64,000 bases of DNA from Veleropilina oligotropha (GCA_048128005.1 JBEUKZ010000112.1:62001-126000); one strand, 5' to 3'; counted from the stretch's first letter, positions 11,771 to 24,885 are shown. The notes: generated from the letters alone by a model not told the origin. A program made the numbers and translations.

Positions 11771-14641
11771 TTACTGAATAACAGCGTATGTGATGTCGTG
11801 ATATCCATAGTACACTGGTACCACACCACAATTTATGGAATTCACACCAGTAATATATATATGGTCTAATAAAGTTTGCTTTTTGGTTGTTGGTGATACA
11901 ATGACCTGTTTGAAGATTTGTAATGTCTTGGTGAGTTCACTGGAAGAATGTTTTAAAAGGTCAATGTTAAAGTCTCCTGTAATGACCATCGAAGATGTTG
12001 ATACTGTTTTTAACAAATGGTTCAGTCTAGAGCAGAAATATGATAACGGCAATGACGGTGGTCTGTACACATTGACAATTGACAATGGTGGTGATTTCAG
12101 CATAACAGCTACACATTCAAGTCCGAGGTATGATGTTTCAATGTGTTGATAGCTGAAATCTCTGTGAATGAGTAATGCCACACCACCTCTACCATTTTGA
12201 TGAAGACCTTCCGGAATGTTTGGTACATTGTTATACTGAGAGTTTCTGCTGCACAGCACAACTTCATGACAAGGTAGTAGACTATTGAGCATGTCGTCTG
12301 GTTGAAGCCAAGTCTCCTGTAATGCTACTATATCAGCAGCTGCAAGGAACTTATTCTGCACACAGTCCGTCCTATGGACCAGTAGTCCCTCCACGTTATG
12401 ACTCGCTATTAGGATTTCATTAGGTTTGCAAGACAATGCAACTGTTGGCAGAGTTTGCTTCCATCCTGAAAGTGTTGAAGCTGCAAGCATGGATACCAAT
12501 GCCTGGTGTACTTTGGGATCACTATATATTGCATCAGGGTCGAAGTCATCTTCAATAAGGAACAATCCACGGGTAGAGGTTACTCTGCTGAGTGCAACAT
12601 AAGCCATCCCTGGTTTAAAAATATGCTTCAATGAGATAACTGCTTCTTTTGTTGTCATTCCTTGTAATTTGTGGATTGTGACACCCCAACATAATAAGAA
12701 AGGATACTGATGACGCGTTATCTGAAATGGCTGTCTTTGCACAATTTCCTTATGGGCTTTTATAACAGTAGAATTTTGGTCTACTGTGAATGGTGGTGGA
12801 TTTGTATGACGAGCATTTGCACCGACGTTTATATGATCAAACAGGACACATATTGCTTCTGGTTGACCAAGAGGTTGTGTCCCTTGAAGTATTGCTGTCA
12901 CAGTTCCCATTGCACCATTGGTGAGTCAATCTAAAACATCCACATTGGTTGTTAGCATAACTCTTGCATGCATACATAGTGAAATACAAGCTGGCAGTGA
13001 TGCGTCTTTGCTTTGTATCGGCTCTTTTCTTTTGTACGTCTTTTGACGTTTTTGTTCTAGACATATATCTACTGCTTTTATTGTAACAATTGTATATTTC
13101 TCAGCAAAATGTTGCAGCATATCGTTGTTGTGACAATCTAACTGTCTATGCGTTGGAGCTATGTGAATAGCACTTTTGGGGTAGTCTACATGATCTCTTG
13201 TGATCAGTCTGCTGCGTAAAAGTTGTTCATCTTCTGGATATAGAGGTTCATGTTTTTTTCTTGTTCGAAGTCTATTTAACATAGAAATCAGCTGGAAATC
13301 TCCTTTCTGTCGTAGTACTTCATCCAATTGCCAAATGTGAAATACGGTCCAAAGATCTGTGAGGGAATCAGCATTGGAGAACAGTTGTTTTGCAGCTACA
13401 GGTGGTACCTGATAGAAATCTCCTACTGCTAGGATGCTGATGTTCCCAAAGCAGGCAGATTGTGATGTTGGCTGTTTGATCTGTTGGAGTCGGCAATGAA
13501 TAAGTTCAAGAAGCTTAGTTGACACCATTGAAACTTCATCAATAATTAATAGCTGTAAATTTTGCAGCTTATATCTCAGCGTATTTGCCTGATTTTCATT
13601 CAGACATTTGCTCATGCCTTTATTTATACACAAGGATGAATGTATTGTCTGACCACCGATGTTAAATGCTGCCGTGCCTGTGTAGGCCAAAGTAATATTA
13701 CTGGTAAATCAGGATCATCATCTTGTCTGTGAATAGCTTTGTTAAACTCATCATATATACACTTTATTAAGTGAGATTTTCCTGTTCCTGCACCTCCGGT
13801 GAGAAAGATATGAAATGGTGGAATATTTTCACAATGTGCTTTTTTTAAAGCCCAAGATCTTATGTAATAAAACAGTTCGGACTGTTTTGCATTAAGTGAA
13901 CGCAAGTGATTTCTGTGATCTATTGTAAATGTACTGCGTTCATGAGTTTGTGCTACACTGTGTGAACAACTATGAGCATTGCCGGTTTCATGATTTGACT
14001 GCAATTCTGGAATATCTTCTGCATTTATTTCTTCACAGTCCTCCTGGATTTGCCTCAGAATATTCAGCTCCTGCTCTTGTTCTGCTCTTTCTAATTCCTG
14101 ATTGGGAGCAATATTTGCCCATGCATCTTCAGGAGTTTCACCTTGCTGCAATCGGTTCCATGCTTCGTCAAGTTCTTCAGTTAACTTTTCGTATATAGCA
14201 ATATTTGGAAGGATAATGTCAGAGTATTTCAGAAACATTTCTTCGTACGTTGGTATGTCAGCTGACTTCATGTCTTCAGTGCGATGGGGATAGTACATTC
14301 TAATCAGATTGCAGTAGTAACGCTCACTATCCTTTTCTTTGTTGAAGCGCGCATATCGAACAATAGCTGGCTTTTTTTTCTTTACTATTGTTCCTAATCC
14401 GCGTTGTAGTTCATAAACATGTTCTGTGTTTGCTTCTTCTTCACTGTCAGAATTGTTTTCAGCCGCAGAGGAGGCTTTGGCATGGTAAACAACTTTAAAT
14501 TTGCTAGCAAATGAAGCCAATGACATGTCATCAAACTCTGGTGTTAAAGGTCTTGCATGATAACGTTCAAGTATGCTGGTTAGCCATACAGTTTCATTGT
14601 TATGTTGCTGGGCCATGATAACTTTCAATGGTTTTGTGATC
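11771..14641 (-). pseudogene. Helentron RepHel last exon: PIF1-family helicase plus C-terminal APE/EEP endonuclease
   Basis: GGAGTGKS, AYTGTAA, GQTIHS, IIDEVSMV, GDFYQVPPV, TIHKLQG, YVALSRV; then HNVEGL, QETWL, GGVA, VYRPP, GDFN, LDHIY, YHD. Frameshift near 13690 and TGA at 12926 in D-(G)-LTNG. Confidence 0.93.
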
Positions 14642-14859
14642 CTGCAATGAGAAATAATCATGAAATACATTAGTTGGTATACAAATGTGGCACCTATAAT
14701 GCAGCCTTATGCAGTGTAAATAATATGAATTAGGTAGGATTATTATCAATAGTTATTGGAGAACAAGACACAATAACTAGTGCAGAATTCATAAAAATGT
14801 TCTATGGATAATTCTATTCATTCATTTTCACTTGTACTGTGTCAAGGATATTATGCAAT

Positions 14860-15045
14860 CATCTGGTCTTTCAAATTGATGCATGATTTTCAGTGGACCA
14901 CGACACAATCTACCGGAGTTTCATTCCCCGTTTGTGCCGATGCTTTCATTTAGCCAACCATCTATCGGATAGAGGCTTAAACTGGGGCTTCATCTTGAGA
15001 CAGAACTGCACAATTATTAAAAATGTGGTTATAAAATAAACTGAT
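14860..15045 (+). mobile_element. Degenerate SINE fragment in a Helentron intron
   Basis: GGATAGAGGCTTAAACTGG core and AAAATGTGGTTATAAAA tail resemble the SINE at 197-412. Confidence 0.4.
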
Positions 15046-15063
15046 TCAAATTAAATATTATAC

Positions 15064-16687
15064 CTTGTTGCATCTGGGTCTGTTGGAACGAATAGAACGT
15101 CTCTGGTGCATTGTTTCAATTTCATCCCAGTGACTCTATAGATGGCTTCCATAATACTGATATCTCGAGAATGTAGATAGACGTTGCCTAATTTACGAAG
15201 CTGTTGAATAGGTTCCATGTGCCCTTCACGTGCCTCTTTCTGAGCTGTTTTCAGAAGATCGCCAATTTCCCGTTCTGCCTTGGAAATGTAACTAACTATA
15301 TACATAATGCAACTGTAAGCATCAAGTACAGGTTGTATGTCCATGTTACCATTCCATGCTTGAAGAAGATGCCTGTTGTATGGGTTTACCCAACGTTCTG
15401 ATAACTGGCGTTTAAAGATGACAGTGTTTCGCTTCGCTAGTGCTGCATGAGCATGTTCATACTCTTCTTGACTTATAGATATTGTTTCAAGAAGTTCTTC
15501 TATTGTTGATAAACAAGATGTGTCAGCATTATCTAATGCATCCCAAACTGTTGTAAGGATATGCTTTGCATTCTGTTGGTAAGTTGATAATGACAAATTA
15601 TCAGGAGGAGGAGTTGGCATGGCAATAAATGTTCTGCCTGAAGGTGGTTTCGGAAAGTGAAACCTGCACTGTTTCGATCCTTTTTTGCAAGATGGCGAAT
15701 GGGATTTTGAGTGCATCTGAACTGAAGTCACAATGTCATGTAACGGCAATTCTTCATCCGGTACGGCACATGTCACATATTGATCTATGTACTCAATGAA
15801 ATCTTTGTTGTTTGGATCTCCAGGAGTAAATTTTGGTGCATTTTGGCACCAAAAAAGGCAATGAATGTGTGGCCATCCTCGACTTTGAAATTCTGTTCGA
15901 TAAAAGTAGTCGACGACATTCCCAATGGGACATGCTGAGGAGAGAATGATGTTAGAAATGAAGCTCTGCACTCTGTGTTCAAACATGCGGCATGCAGTAA
16001 CAGGGTTTGAATTGATCAGTTTACTGTAAGTAGACCAGTCCATATCAGGTGGAGGATCTTTTCCTTGTTGTCTGCAGATTGCTTTAACAATTTCTGGCCA
16101 CCTTCTATCAGCCGCAGAAAAGCTGCAAAACCAAGTGGGCGTTCCCAACTGTTTGACCATAGCAAATAAGTCTCGGAGAGTTTTTTCCCAGTAAGCAGGT
16201 GTTCCTCTTACAGTCTTTAGGAAATGATAGCCTTCATTTGATTTGATAATTTCTTTTCGTTTTACAGCATCAGTAAGCATTGCGGCTGTAATTTCTTTGC
16301 CATCTCTGCCTTTTCCTGTAGTTTTCCTCATGGCAATTGATATAGAATTTGTGATCTGATTTAGCTCATTAGCATACTGACTGAAGAAGATGTACTGCGG
16401 ATCACTAGCAAACCGTGCATCTACATTGAATAGACGAGAATTAAAGTAGCGACTCAAACCAAGTTTGTGATGACGTTGCTCTTGAAAACCATTTTTTCCT
16501 TCGGGAAACAGATAAGGGAAAGCTTTCATTTCCATATCAAAAACACTGGATGGGCGATTTCCTTCAGCTGGTGCTACAGAATACAAAGAACCCACAACGT
16601 TGTTGCAAATTTCGTTTGCAAGATCTTCTGGCTGTAGGCACGATACCATTGGAGTTGATGAATCATGTAAATCAGATGTGGTGTTAT
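15064..16687 (-). CDS. Helentron Rep (HUH/Y2) exon
   Basis: AFPYLFPEG, RGTPAYW, PTWFCSFSAAD, EFQSRGWPHIHCLFW (HUH), CRFHFP, YIVSYISKAE (two Tyr); AG/GT boundaries in compatible phase. Confidence 0.93.
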
Positions 16688-17242
16688 CTGCAAAGTAAAA
16701 GAACGAATATGTAATATTTAGATCCCAACTGTGAAAAAGTTCAATGATCATGCTACGATGACCAAATTTAAGGCAGTTCCATTCAAATTTTTACCTCCTG
16801 CACAAAACAATGAACTTGGCGGTTAGCACGTCAGACATTAAAATGGGTTTGTTAGGTGGACAAGAGTTTGAGCACATGCAGCCAACAGTATCGCTTAAAA
16901 TAATATAAGGTACATACATGTACCTTAATACAGGGTGTCTCTATTGCGATGTGACTAAAACACTATCAAAACTGGTCATAAAAAGGCTGAATAGCAATCA
17001 AATCCAGCTTTATTTTCTTAGTTTATCTGTTTGATTGAACTAATGCAAATGAATACATTCATATGTATATTAGTATATATGACCATTAAATGTTAAGGAA
17101 CATGATACACTAAACAAAGCACAATAATATTCTGGTCATAGAAACAATTGTACTTATTGGTGGATTTTGAAGCAAGTGAGGGTAATTGTAAAAGATGATT
17201 TATTCTGAAATGAAAGTGATAAAAGTTTGTGTTACAACAAAC

Positions 17243-17356
17243 CTGTTTCGGTAGCGATGTTTTTAGAATGAAGTTCATGAGATGATTCATCCTGACTGTG
17301 TATAATTTCTGAAGCGGTTGTGGTTTGTTGCTCATCGGCAATGGTAACTTCATTGC
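17243..17356 (-). CDS. RepHel acidic linker exon
   Basis: TTCAG acceptor, GTTTGT donor, open phase-1 frame NEVTIADEQQTTTASE. Confidence 0.65.
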
Positions 17357-17640
17357 CTGAAAGTAGAAGATCATTCATGTTATAATATCCCATTTGCTTT
17401 GTATTGTTCTAAATATCCTATCAAGATAAATACAATGATTGTTATCTATATATATGTATATGGTGTAGTACACTGAATGTAAATGAAAGTAACACAAATT
17501 AAAACAACTAGAAGGATTTGTAAACTGATATCCAGATAATTATATGATCGATTCATTTGTTTAAGGAGAAATTGACTAATTGTAGGCCGCATGTAACAAT
17601 AAACTGTTGTGGATTTGCTATACTATTGAAATATATTAAC

Positions 17641-17748
17641 CTGCAGTATGGCCGATATCAGTTGCAAACTGGTCTGGTTCATCTGCCTTGAGAATTGACG
17701 CCTCATCTGCATCGTCTGTATGTAGTTGATCAAGGTCGAGATTGATAT
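17641..17748 (-). CDS. RepHel acidic linker exon
   Basis: CCAG acceptor, GTTAAT donor, phase-1 frame DINLDLDQLHTDDADE. Confidence 0.7.
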
Positions 17749-18077
17749 CTGGATGGTAACAGTAAAACAAATGTGAGATGTTAGCTAGAAGTACTGAATA
17801 TATTTTAAATGCACTAAGTGGGCATAATGTTTTTAGAGAGCAACACCTAAATTTTCTGTTCACTCTCGACCAAAATCAAAACGATACCCACCCTACAGTC
17901 TTTGTTGTGATTTTTTACTACTGAGATGGTTTATGCTATCTGCAGTCTGATTTGAGATGATATTTGATCTTGATTTTGTCTCTGTCCTTTATACTGAATT
18001 TTATATCAAATGGTATTTTGACACATTCGTCTATTTATAAAAAAAATAAATAAATATATACAGAGTTTTATACTTAC

Positions 18078-20487
18078 CCTTGAAATGTGGATTGGTGGCT
18101 TTTAGGTATTGTAAAGCTGCGTAGATCTTGCTAACTGATACTTGTTGGAATAGATGATGGCCTCTGTACTCCATTTTTCGTTTCAATTTAACTTTGATAA
18201 GCGTGTGGTCATTCAAAGGACGGGGAAGAGTCTTTGTTATTTGTGAAATGTTGGATGGCACACAAACTACTGGTCCATGTATACCTTTCTGTAAACCTTT
18301 TGGCAATGTAACAATCTTCATAAAAGGAATTATTGGAGATACTAGGTGTTTCTCCAATTGATTAAGACTCTGCAGTGATGGTGGACACGGAGGCAGATGA
18401 AGATTATTGAGGGATGCTTGTTTTGGAACGTTGTTGTGAAGGAGGCTGCGATGACATGTTATGCAAGCCCATTTAGCACAGAGATTGCAATCATCCACGC
18501 AAGATGATGAAGTTTCATGCAAATTACTAGCAGCAATGCAATCATGCAGTCTACTTTGACCTGGATATTTGCTCATTTTGTATTTAATCACTTGCTTTCT
18601 GAAAAACAAACGGCAGCAAATGCAGCAAGAGTAGCATGGCATTTCCTGACATGTCACATGGAAGAGCTCAATCGCTTGTGCAATATTGCTTATAACTCGA
18701 GATTTTTGTTTACACTGTTTTTCCTTTCTTCTTTCTATCAATCGTTTAGTGGGGTCTAATCGCTTTGTTTGCCTTGCATTCTTGTCCTTCTGTCTGTCTG
18801 TCTTTCGTTTAGTTGGGTCTAATCGTTTTATTTGTCTTGTTTTTTTCTCCCTCTTTCTCTCTTCCAATCGTTTCATGGGGTCTAATCGTTTTGTTTGCCT
18901 TGATTTCATGTCCCTCTGTCTCTCTGTCAATCGCTTAGTGGGATCTAACCGTTGTTTTTGCCTTGCTTTCTTTTCCTTCTTCCTCTCTGCCAATCGTTTA
19001 GTGGGATCTGATCGTTTTGTTTGCCTTGATTTCTTGTCGTTCTGTCTCTCTTTCAACCGTTTAGTGGAGTCTAACCGTTGTTTTTGCCTTGCTTTCTTTT
19101 CCTTCTTCCTCTCTGCCAATCGTTTAGTGGGATCTGATCGTTTTGTTTGCCTTGATTTCTTGTCGTTCTGTCTCTCTTTCAACCGTTTAGTGGAGTCTAA
19201 CCGTTGTTTTTGCCTTGCTTTCTTTTCCTTCTTCCTCTCTGCCAATCGTTTAGTGGGATCTGATCGTTTTGTTTGCCTTGATTTCTTGTCGTTCTGTCTC
19301 TCTTTCAACCGTTTAGTGGAGTCTAACCGTTGTTTTTGCCTTGCTTTCTTTTCCTTCTTCCTCTCTGTCAATCTAAAATCGACATCCAATCTTTGTTTTC
19401 GTTTTAAATCCTGCTCTTTCCTTCTCTCTGGTAATCGTTTAGTGAGGTCTAATCGTTTTAGTTGTCTTGCATTCCTGTCTCTCTGCCTCTCTGAAAATCG
19501 TTCTTCTTTGTTTAATCTCTTTATTTTCCTGGCTTTTTTATCCTTCTGCCTTTCTTGTGATCTATACAGTTGATGTTGACGCTGGTTTGATTTTCTTCGT
19601 ATGTTTTGTCCTTTTGTTTTTGCAGTTTTTAATAAGGACTCATGCCCATTGTCTATCATTCCAGAAGTAGCATCACTTCGTTTCTCCAAATGTCTTTTTA
19701 AAAGATTGGCTTGGGAGGCAAAGTAGTTTTGAATGCAACGATGTTTCGATATATCTGTTGACATTGTATGGTCTTTGTCAGATACAGATGTGCTTTCTTG
19801 GTTAAATATGATACATGCTTCTTTTGAAGAAGTTGCACGTGATATAGGAATAGAAGGAAATGCTTTTACTTCACCAGTCGAAATACACCTGATTAAATGA
19901 TGACGTGCTTCTTTTATATTGAAATTAATTGAAGTTGGATCTTGGTGAAGGAAACACGCAAACGCAAAAGCCACAGCCATTACACCACAAATTGGTTCAG
20001 ATGTTTGCTGTGTAACTTCAGTATATTGAATATTCCTTGCCTCGTTCTTACCATACATTACTTCTAGTTGAGAAATTACTTATTTCTTATGAGCAGTAGA
20101 CATCAATGAATCATACACACATTATTATTATTTATTTAATACATTTATAATGCGCCTATTCTAGTGTAGCTCTAAGCGCATATGCTTTTAGTTGAAGCAC
20201 GATAAAAAGATGTTACCCAGTGTCCTGTTAATGGATGAATATTAATTGAGTTTCTGTCATTTGGTAAGAGATCCTTAGAATCAAAATGATGGGAACCAGT
20301 CTGAGATTGTGAGGCCAGGAGATGTAATTCAGCTGGGGTGTAGTATCCTATATATTCAGCAGTAGTGGCGTCACAGTTGGCCCTCATAAGATTCAATGCT
20401 ACTTCTATGATGTCATCTGGTATTTCCGTGCTGGAATTTCCAATCAGCTATTAGTTGCAAAGGACTATATTGATGGGAATGAACATT
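18078..20487 (-). pseudogene. RepHel N-terminal exon: Ulp1/C48-like protease, Lys/Arg repeat and Cys-rich (DUF6570-like) domain
   Basis: GHWVTS...VYDSL...QQTSEPICG triad; 20-aa basic repeats; CCICCRLF...CITCH...LNQLEKHLVSPIIPF...GPVVCVP; GTAAGT donor at 18077; frameshift, stop and a small insertion in the protease part. Confidence 0.8.
18725..19510 (-). repeat. Coding minisatellite, 60-bp unit with 120-bp higher-order repeat
   Basis: A 40-aa block KEKKARQKQRLDSTKRLKERQNDKKSRQTKRSDPTKRLAE(RK) is repeated three times identically, with divergent units on both sides. Confidence 0.9.
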
Positions 20488-21574
20488 CTGAAAATATATG
20501 GAAATGATAATCTTATGAGCTATTGCGAAATGATGCATAATATAATATTTTATATATGATGACAGTAACAAGTACATATCAGACAAATAAAAATCATGGG
20601 AATGAATAATCTGAAAATATATTAAAATCATAATCAATATGTAAGTATTTTGAAATGACTTATAATTATTAATATATGTCTATGAACCACAAACAGCACA
20701 TATTATTATATATCAGAGAATGGTAAAATGTGGAATTCAAGAGGATGATAATGTTCGTGTCATCACGACTGGAGGGAATTACATAAATTACTGGACCTCC
20801 AAGAGACTAGTTCATGCAGACATGCGATGGAGCAGACTTGAATGTAATGTAAGTCTACTATAATTATGATGTCTTTGTTAATTGGAAAGACATAACATTT
20901 AAAAATAAGTATTACTTTGTTCTTTTTCCTTTCTTTGTCTTTCAATGCCACCTGTAACTGTGACTTTTTCTTCAACTTGGGCATATCTTCAGTCCACTTG
21001 TCTATTAAAATGTTCTTGGTGTGTCTGCCATGTCTGTATTGATCCATAAACATGAAATTTTATTATTTTCATTAAAATTCGAAAACATAACATATTAGCA
21101 TCTTCACGAAACATGACATACAAACTACACTTCGTTCTACTGTAGACATACAGAGAGGATATAGACTAGGTTCATTCTGAGAGCAAGAAGCATTAGAATT
21201 TTTCAAGTTTGATTGATTTATTAGATCAGACATTTTGATGCATTTTAGTAATTCCTAAATATTTAGTCTTATCAAATATTATCCTGCTCGTAAAGAATGG
21301 TATATAATGACGAAGTGTATTTTTGATGCCTTGTGAAGATGGCATATTACATATAAACTGAGAAAAACAATAGCTAATTACATAAATTAGGGAAATATAT
21401 GTTAAGGACAGGTTATATCATCATTTTGTGAAGTTATCCACATGAACACTGGTATGTTCTGTTGCACATACAATGACAGGCGTTATGTGATTTAAAATAA
21501 ACAATAGCGAACACCACTGCCTGTGATGCACAACGACATGATCAGATGGCACAATGTGATTTCAAATTAAAAAA

Positions 21575-23255
21575 AATAGACAGCCGCATAGCTGTCGGGA
21601 ACCCCAGCCTTATATAGCAATCGGAATATCATATGAAATCTTTGATCGTGACTTTACCAGTAAAAATGTCTAATTAATAATGTGCTAGTTGTTCATCATA
21701 TAAAAGTTTGGATGACAAAATAATAAAAAAGTACGAAATAAAAAAATGTCTAAATATGAATTTTTTTGTCAAAATCAAAGGTCGTACATGGAATATTATG
21801 CTAGGGTAGCTCAAGGAGGGTTAGAATATTAAATTTCAATAAGGTGGCATGTATAGTAGCCAAAATATTGTCCGGACAAAACTTGCAATCTGGATTTTGT
21901 GTCAAAGGTCACACTGGCAAGATCAAAGGTCGTACACGGATAATGATATCGCCATGCGCTATGGTGTGTTAAGGTGAGCGACTATTCAAACACTCATCAA
22001 GCTGACATGATACAAGCCGAGAGATGATCCAGACAAAACTTCATCTATATTATGGATAAGGTCACAATGGCAAGGTCAAAGGTCGCACACGGAAAATTAT
22101 ATCGCCACGTGCTACGGTAAGTCAAGGTAAGTTAGCATACCAAGTTTAGTCAAGCTGGCAAACATACCGGCCGAGATATGATCCTGACAAAGGCTTTATT
22201 CAATATTTGAGTAAGGTCACAAGTCCCTCACCGAAAATAATGTCGCCACGCGCAAGGGTTGGTCAAGTTAAGTTAATTTATAAAAGTAAATCAAGGATGG
22301 CATATATAGTATCAGAGATATTGTCCGGACAAAACTTGCATTCTGTATTTTGGGTCAAAGGTCACAACGGCATGGTAAAGGTAACACAAGGAAATTATAT
22401 CGCCATGCGTTAGGGTATGTCAAGGTAAGATAGCATACCAAGTTTCGTCAAGCTGGCAAACATACAAGTCGAGAGATAATCCGGATAAAATCTTCATCCT
22501 ATATTATGGATAAGGTCACAAGAGCACGGTTAAAGGTCGCATACGGAAAATTATATCACCACGCGCTACGGTAAGACAAGGTAAGTTAGCATACCAAGTT
22601 TCGTCAAGCTGGCCGAGATATGATCCAGACAAAAGCGTTATTCTATATTTGGGTAAGGTCACAAGGGCAAGATCAAAGATCGCCACACGCAAGGTTGGGA
22701 CAAGGTAAGTTAATTTACAAAAATAAATCAAGATGGCATATATAGTAGCCGAGATATTGTACGGACAAAACTTGCATTCTGTATTTTGTGTCAAAGGTCA
22801 CAACGGCAAGGTCAAAGGTCGCACACGGAAAATTATATCGCCACGCGATACGGTACGTCAAGGTAAGTTAGCATACCAAGTTTCATCAAGCTGAGATATA
22901 TACAAGCTGAGATATGATGCGGACAAAAGCTTCATCATATATTATTGGCAAGGTCACAAGGGCAAGGGTAGCATACGGAAAATTATTACGCCATGCGCAA
23001 GGGTGGGTCAAAGTAATCTAGTACACAAAATTAAATTCAGGTGGCATATATAGTAGCCGAGATATGGACAGGACATAAGGTCACAACAGCTAGGTCAAAG
23101 GTCGCACACGAAAAATTGTATCGCCATCCGCTTGGGTAGGTCATTGTATGTTAGCATACCAAATTTCATCAAGTTGACATGCACACAAGCAGAGATATGA
23201 TCCGGACAAATCCTCCGCCCGCCCATCCATCCGCCCGCTTCGGGCGATGACATTA
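21575..23255 (-). mobile_element. HINE-like satellite-bearing element nested in the Helentron
   Basis: About 12 degenerate AAGGTCACAA...AAGGTCAAAGGTCGCACACGG units, (CCGC/CCAT)n end, GACAGC-CGCATA-GCTGTC hairpin at the other end; splits a ~75-bp tandem repeat. Confidence 0.75.
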
Positions 23256-23526
23256 ACAATAGCGAACACTACTGACTGTGATGCATATAAAATGACATGA
23301 TCTGAAGGCACAATGTGATTTGAAATAAAACAATAGCGAAGATCACTGCCTGTGATGCACATAAAATGACATGATCTGTTGACACAATTTAAATTGTGGT
23401 TTCAAATAAGCAATAGCGAATATCACTGCCTGTGATACATGAAAACATGACAGTTCTGTTGACCGATTTATTTATTCACGAGAATGAGCTGCATCGTCAC
23501 TGATGTCCAATGCATGCAGTAGGTTC

Positions 23527-24117
23527 CTAATTTGATTGTGGAGCATCACTGGACGCTTGATGAGATGAAGTTGGCGTGCCAGTTGCGATTTCAGACGCCA
23601 TTTGAGTACCTGCAGTACAAAGATCATCGTCAGCGGCAAAGAGACTTTGTGACACACTGGATTCCTGAGATGATCGTGCTGTATCACTCGCCAGTGATAC
23701 AGCTGTGGGCGGCGACACAGCAGTTTGATTTATGTCATCAAAATCGAATAGATACCCAAGTTGTGTTTGCATTGTCGCTAATTCCGCCTTCAATGCAGTA
23801 TTTTCGTTCACAAGGAACTTATCTCTACCTTTGAGACATGCGATTTGCTGATGAAGAGCCATTTGCTCAGTTCTGATTGATTTTCCCAGTTCAGATGTTT
23901 TTAGGCAAATGCATTTAACAAGGCGTCGAACTTTCTCCAATGTTTCTAACGTTCCATCATGGTCCTTTTGTGTTACTGAATAACACGCTGCTCGTAGATT
24001 GACGTCGATGTTGGACACAGAATCATTTATGTACTCCACCAGCACATCCATTTTTGGTCTTTTAGGACTAGGTGGTGGCGCAATGTTGGAAAATGACGCA
24101 GGTCGTTTATTTGCCAT
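23527..24117 (-). CDS. Helentron accessory ORF, 196 aa, NLS-like N-terminus and predicted coiled coil
   Basis: Intact ATG-to-stop ORF in AT-rich surroundings; PSPKRPK; heptad-like LHQQIACLKGRDKFLVNENTALKAELATMQTQL. Confidence 0.6.
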   Translation of the reverse strand: MANKRPASFSNIAPPPSPKRPKMDVLVEYINDSVSNIDVNLRAACYSVTQKDHDGTLETLEKVRRLVKCICLKTSELGKSIRTEQMALHQQIACLKGRDKFLVNENTALKAELATMQTQLGYLFDFDDINQTAVSPPTAVSLASDTARSSQESSVSQSLFAADDDLCTAGTQMASEIATGTPTSSHQASSDAPQSN

Positions 24118-24639
24118 AATTATTACTGTTCACTGAAACAAATTAGGGAAATCAGAGCAAAAGTAAAGAAACAATACACAGAGAATGCATTTCGTTGGTT
24201 CGTAATCTGCCAGTCCATTTTCTGCTTTGACCATTTGGAAGTAACACCTGGAAAAGATCGAAATTTCTGATTTTACTGAAATCTGCATACTCTCTTCAGG
24301 TGAATAGTATGGAAAAGTATACTGCAAATAATGGAAAAGTATACTGCAAATAAAGCATTTAACGGGTCAGCGATCACAATTTTAATGATCTAGCTGGAAA
24401 AAGAAATTAAAATAGTCATACACTTGGGAGATATATGGTATGCAAAAATATACTGTAAAGACAACATTAGAGTTAACGGTAGCTGACATTCACCCATGAA
24501 TGAAGATGGTTTAAAGCATATTCAATTTATTTGATTTGATTTTTAATTTCAGAGGTTCATGAGTTAAAAATAATAGACACTTATGCCATCATTACATCTG
24601 GTTAAAAGTGATGATTAAGAAATAATACTTGAACAATAT

Positions 24640-24885
24640 TTAATAAGGTGGAAATGACCACATGCAAAAGTGAAATGATTGTTTTAAATGTATAGTTAGT
24701 TATCAATGCAATTATGTGAAATGCACTGGTCACATGAAAATGATCACACATGCATATAATATATAATAAGGTGGAAATGACCACATGCAAAAGTGAAATG
24801 ATTGTTTTAAATGTATAGTTAGTTATCAATGCAATTATGTGAAATGCACTGGTCACATGAAAATGATCAGACATGCATATAATAT
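24640..24885. repeat. Two-copy ~126-bp tandem duplication
   Basis: TAATAAGGTGGAAATGACCACATGC...ACATGCATATAATATATA occurs twice. Confidence 0.85.

Noticed and set aside
11771..12430. Separate LINE endonuclease inserted beside the helicase
   Set aside because: In frame with the helicase C-terminus and no RT follows; this is the known Helentron fusion
18686..19573. 295-aa hydrophobic plus-strand ORF
   Set aside because: Antisense shadow of the Lys/Arg coding repeat
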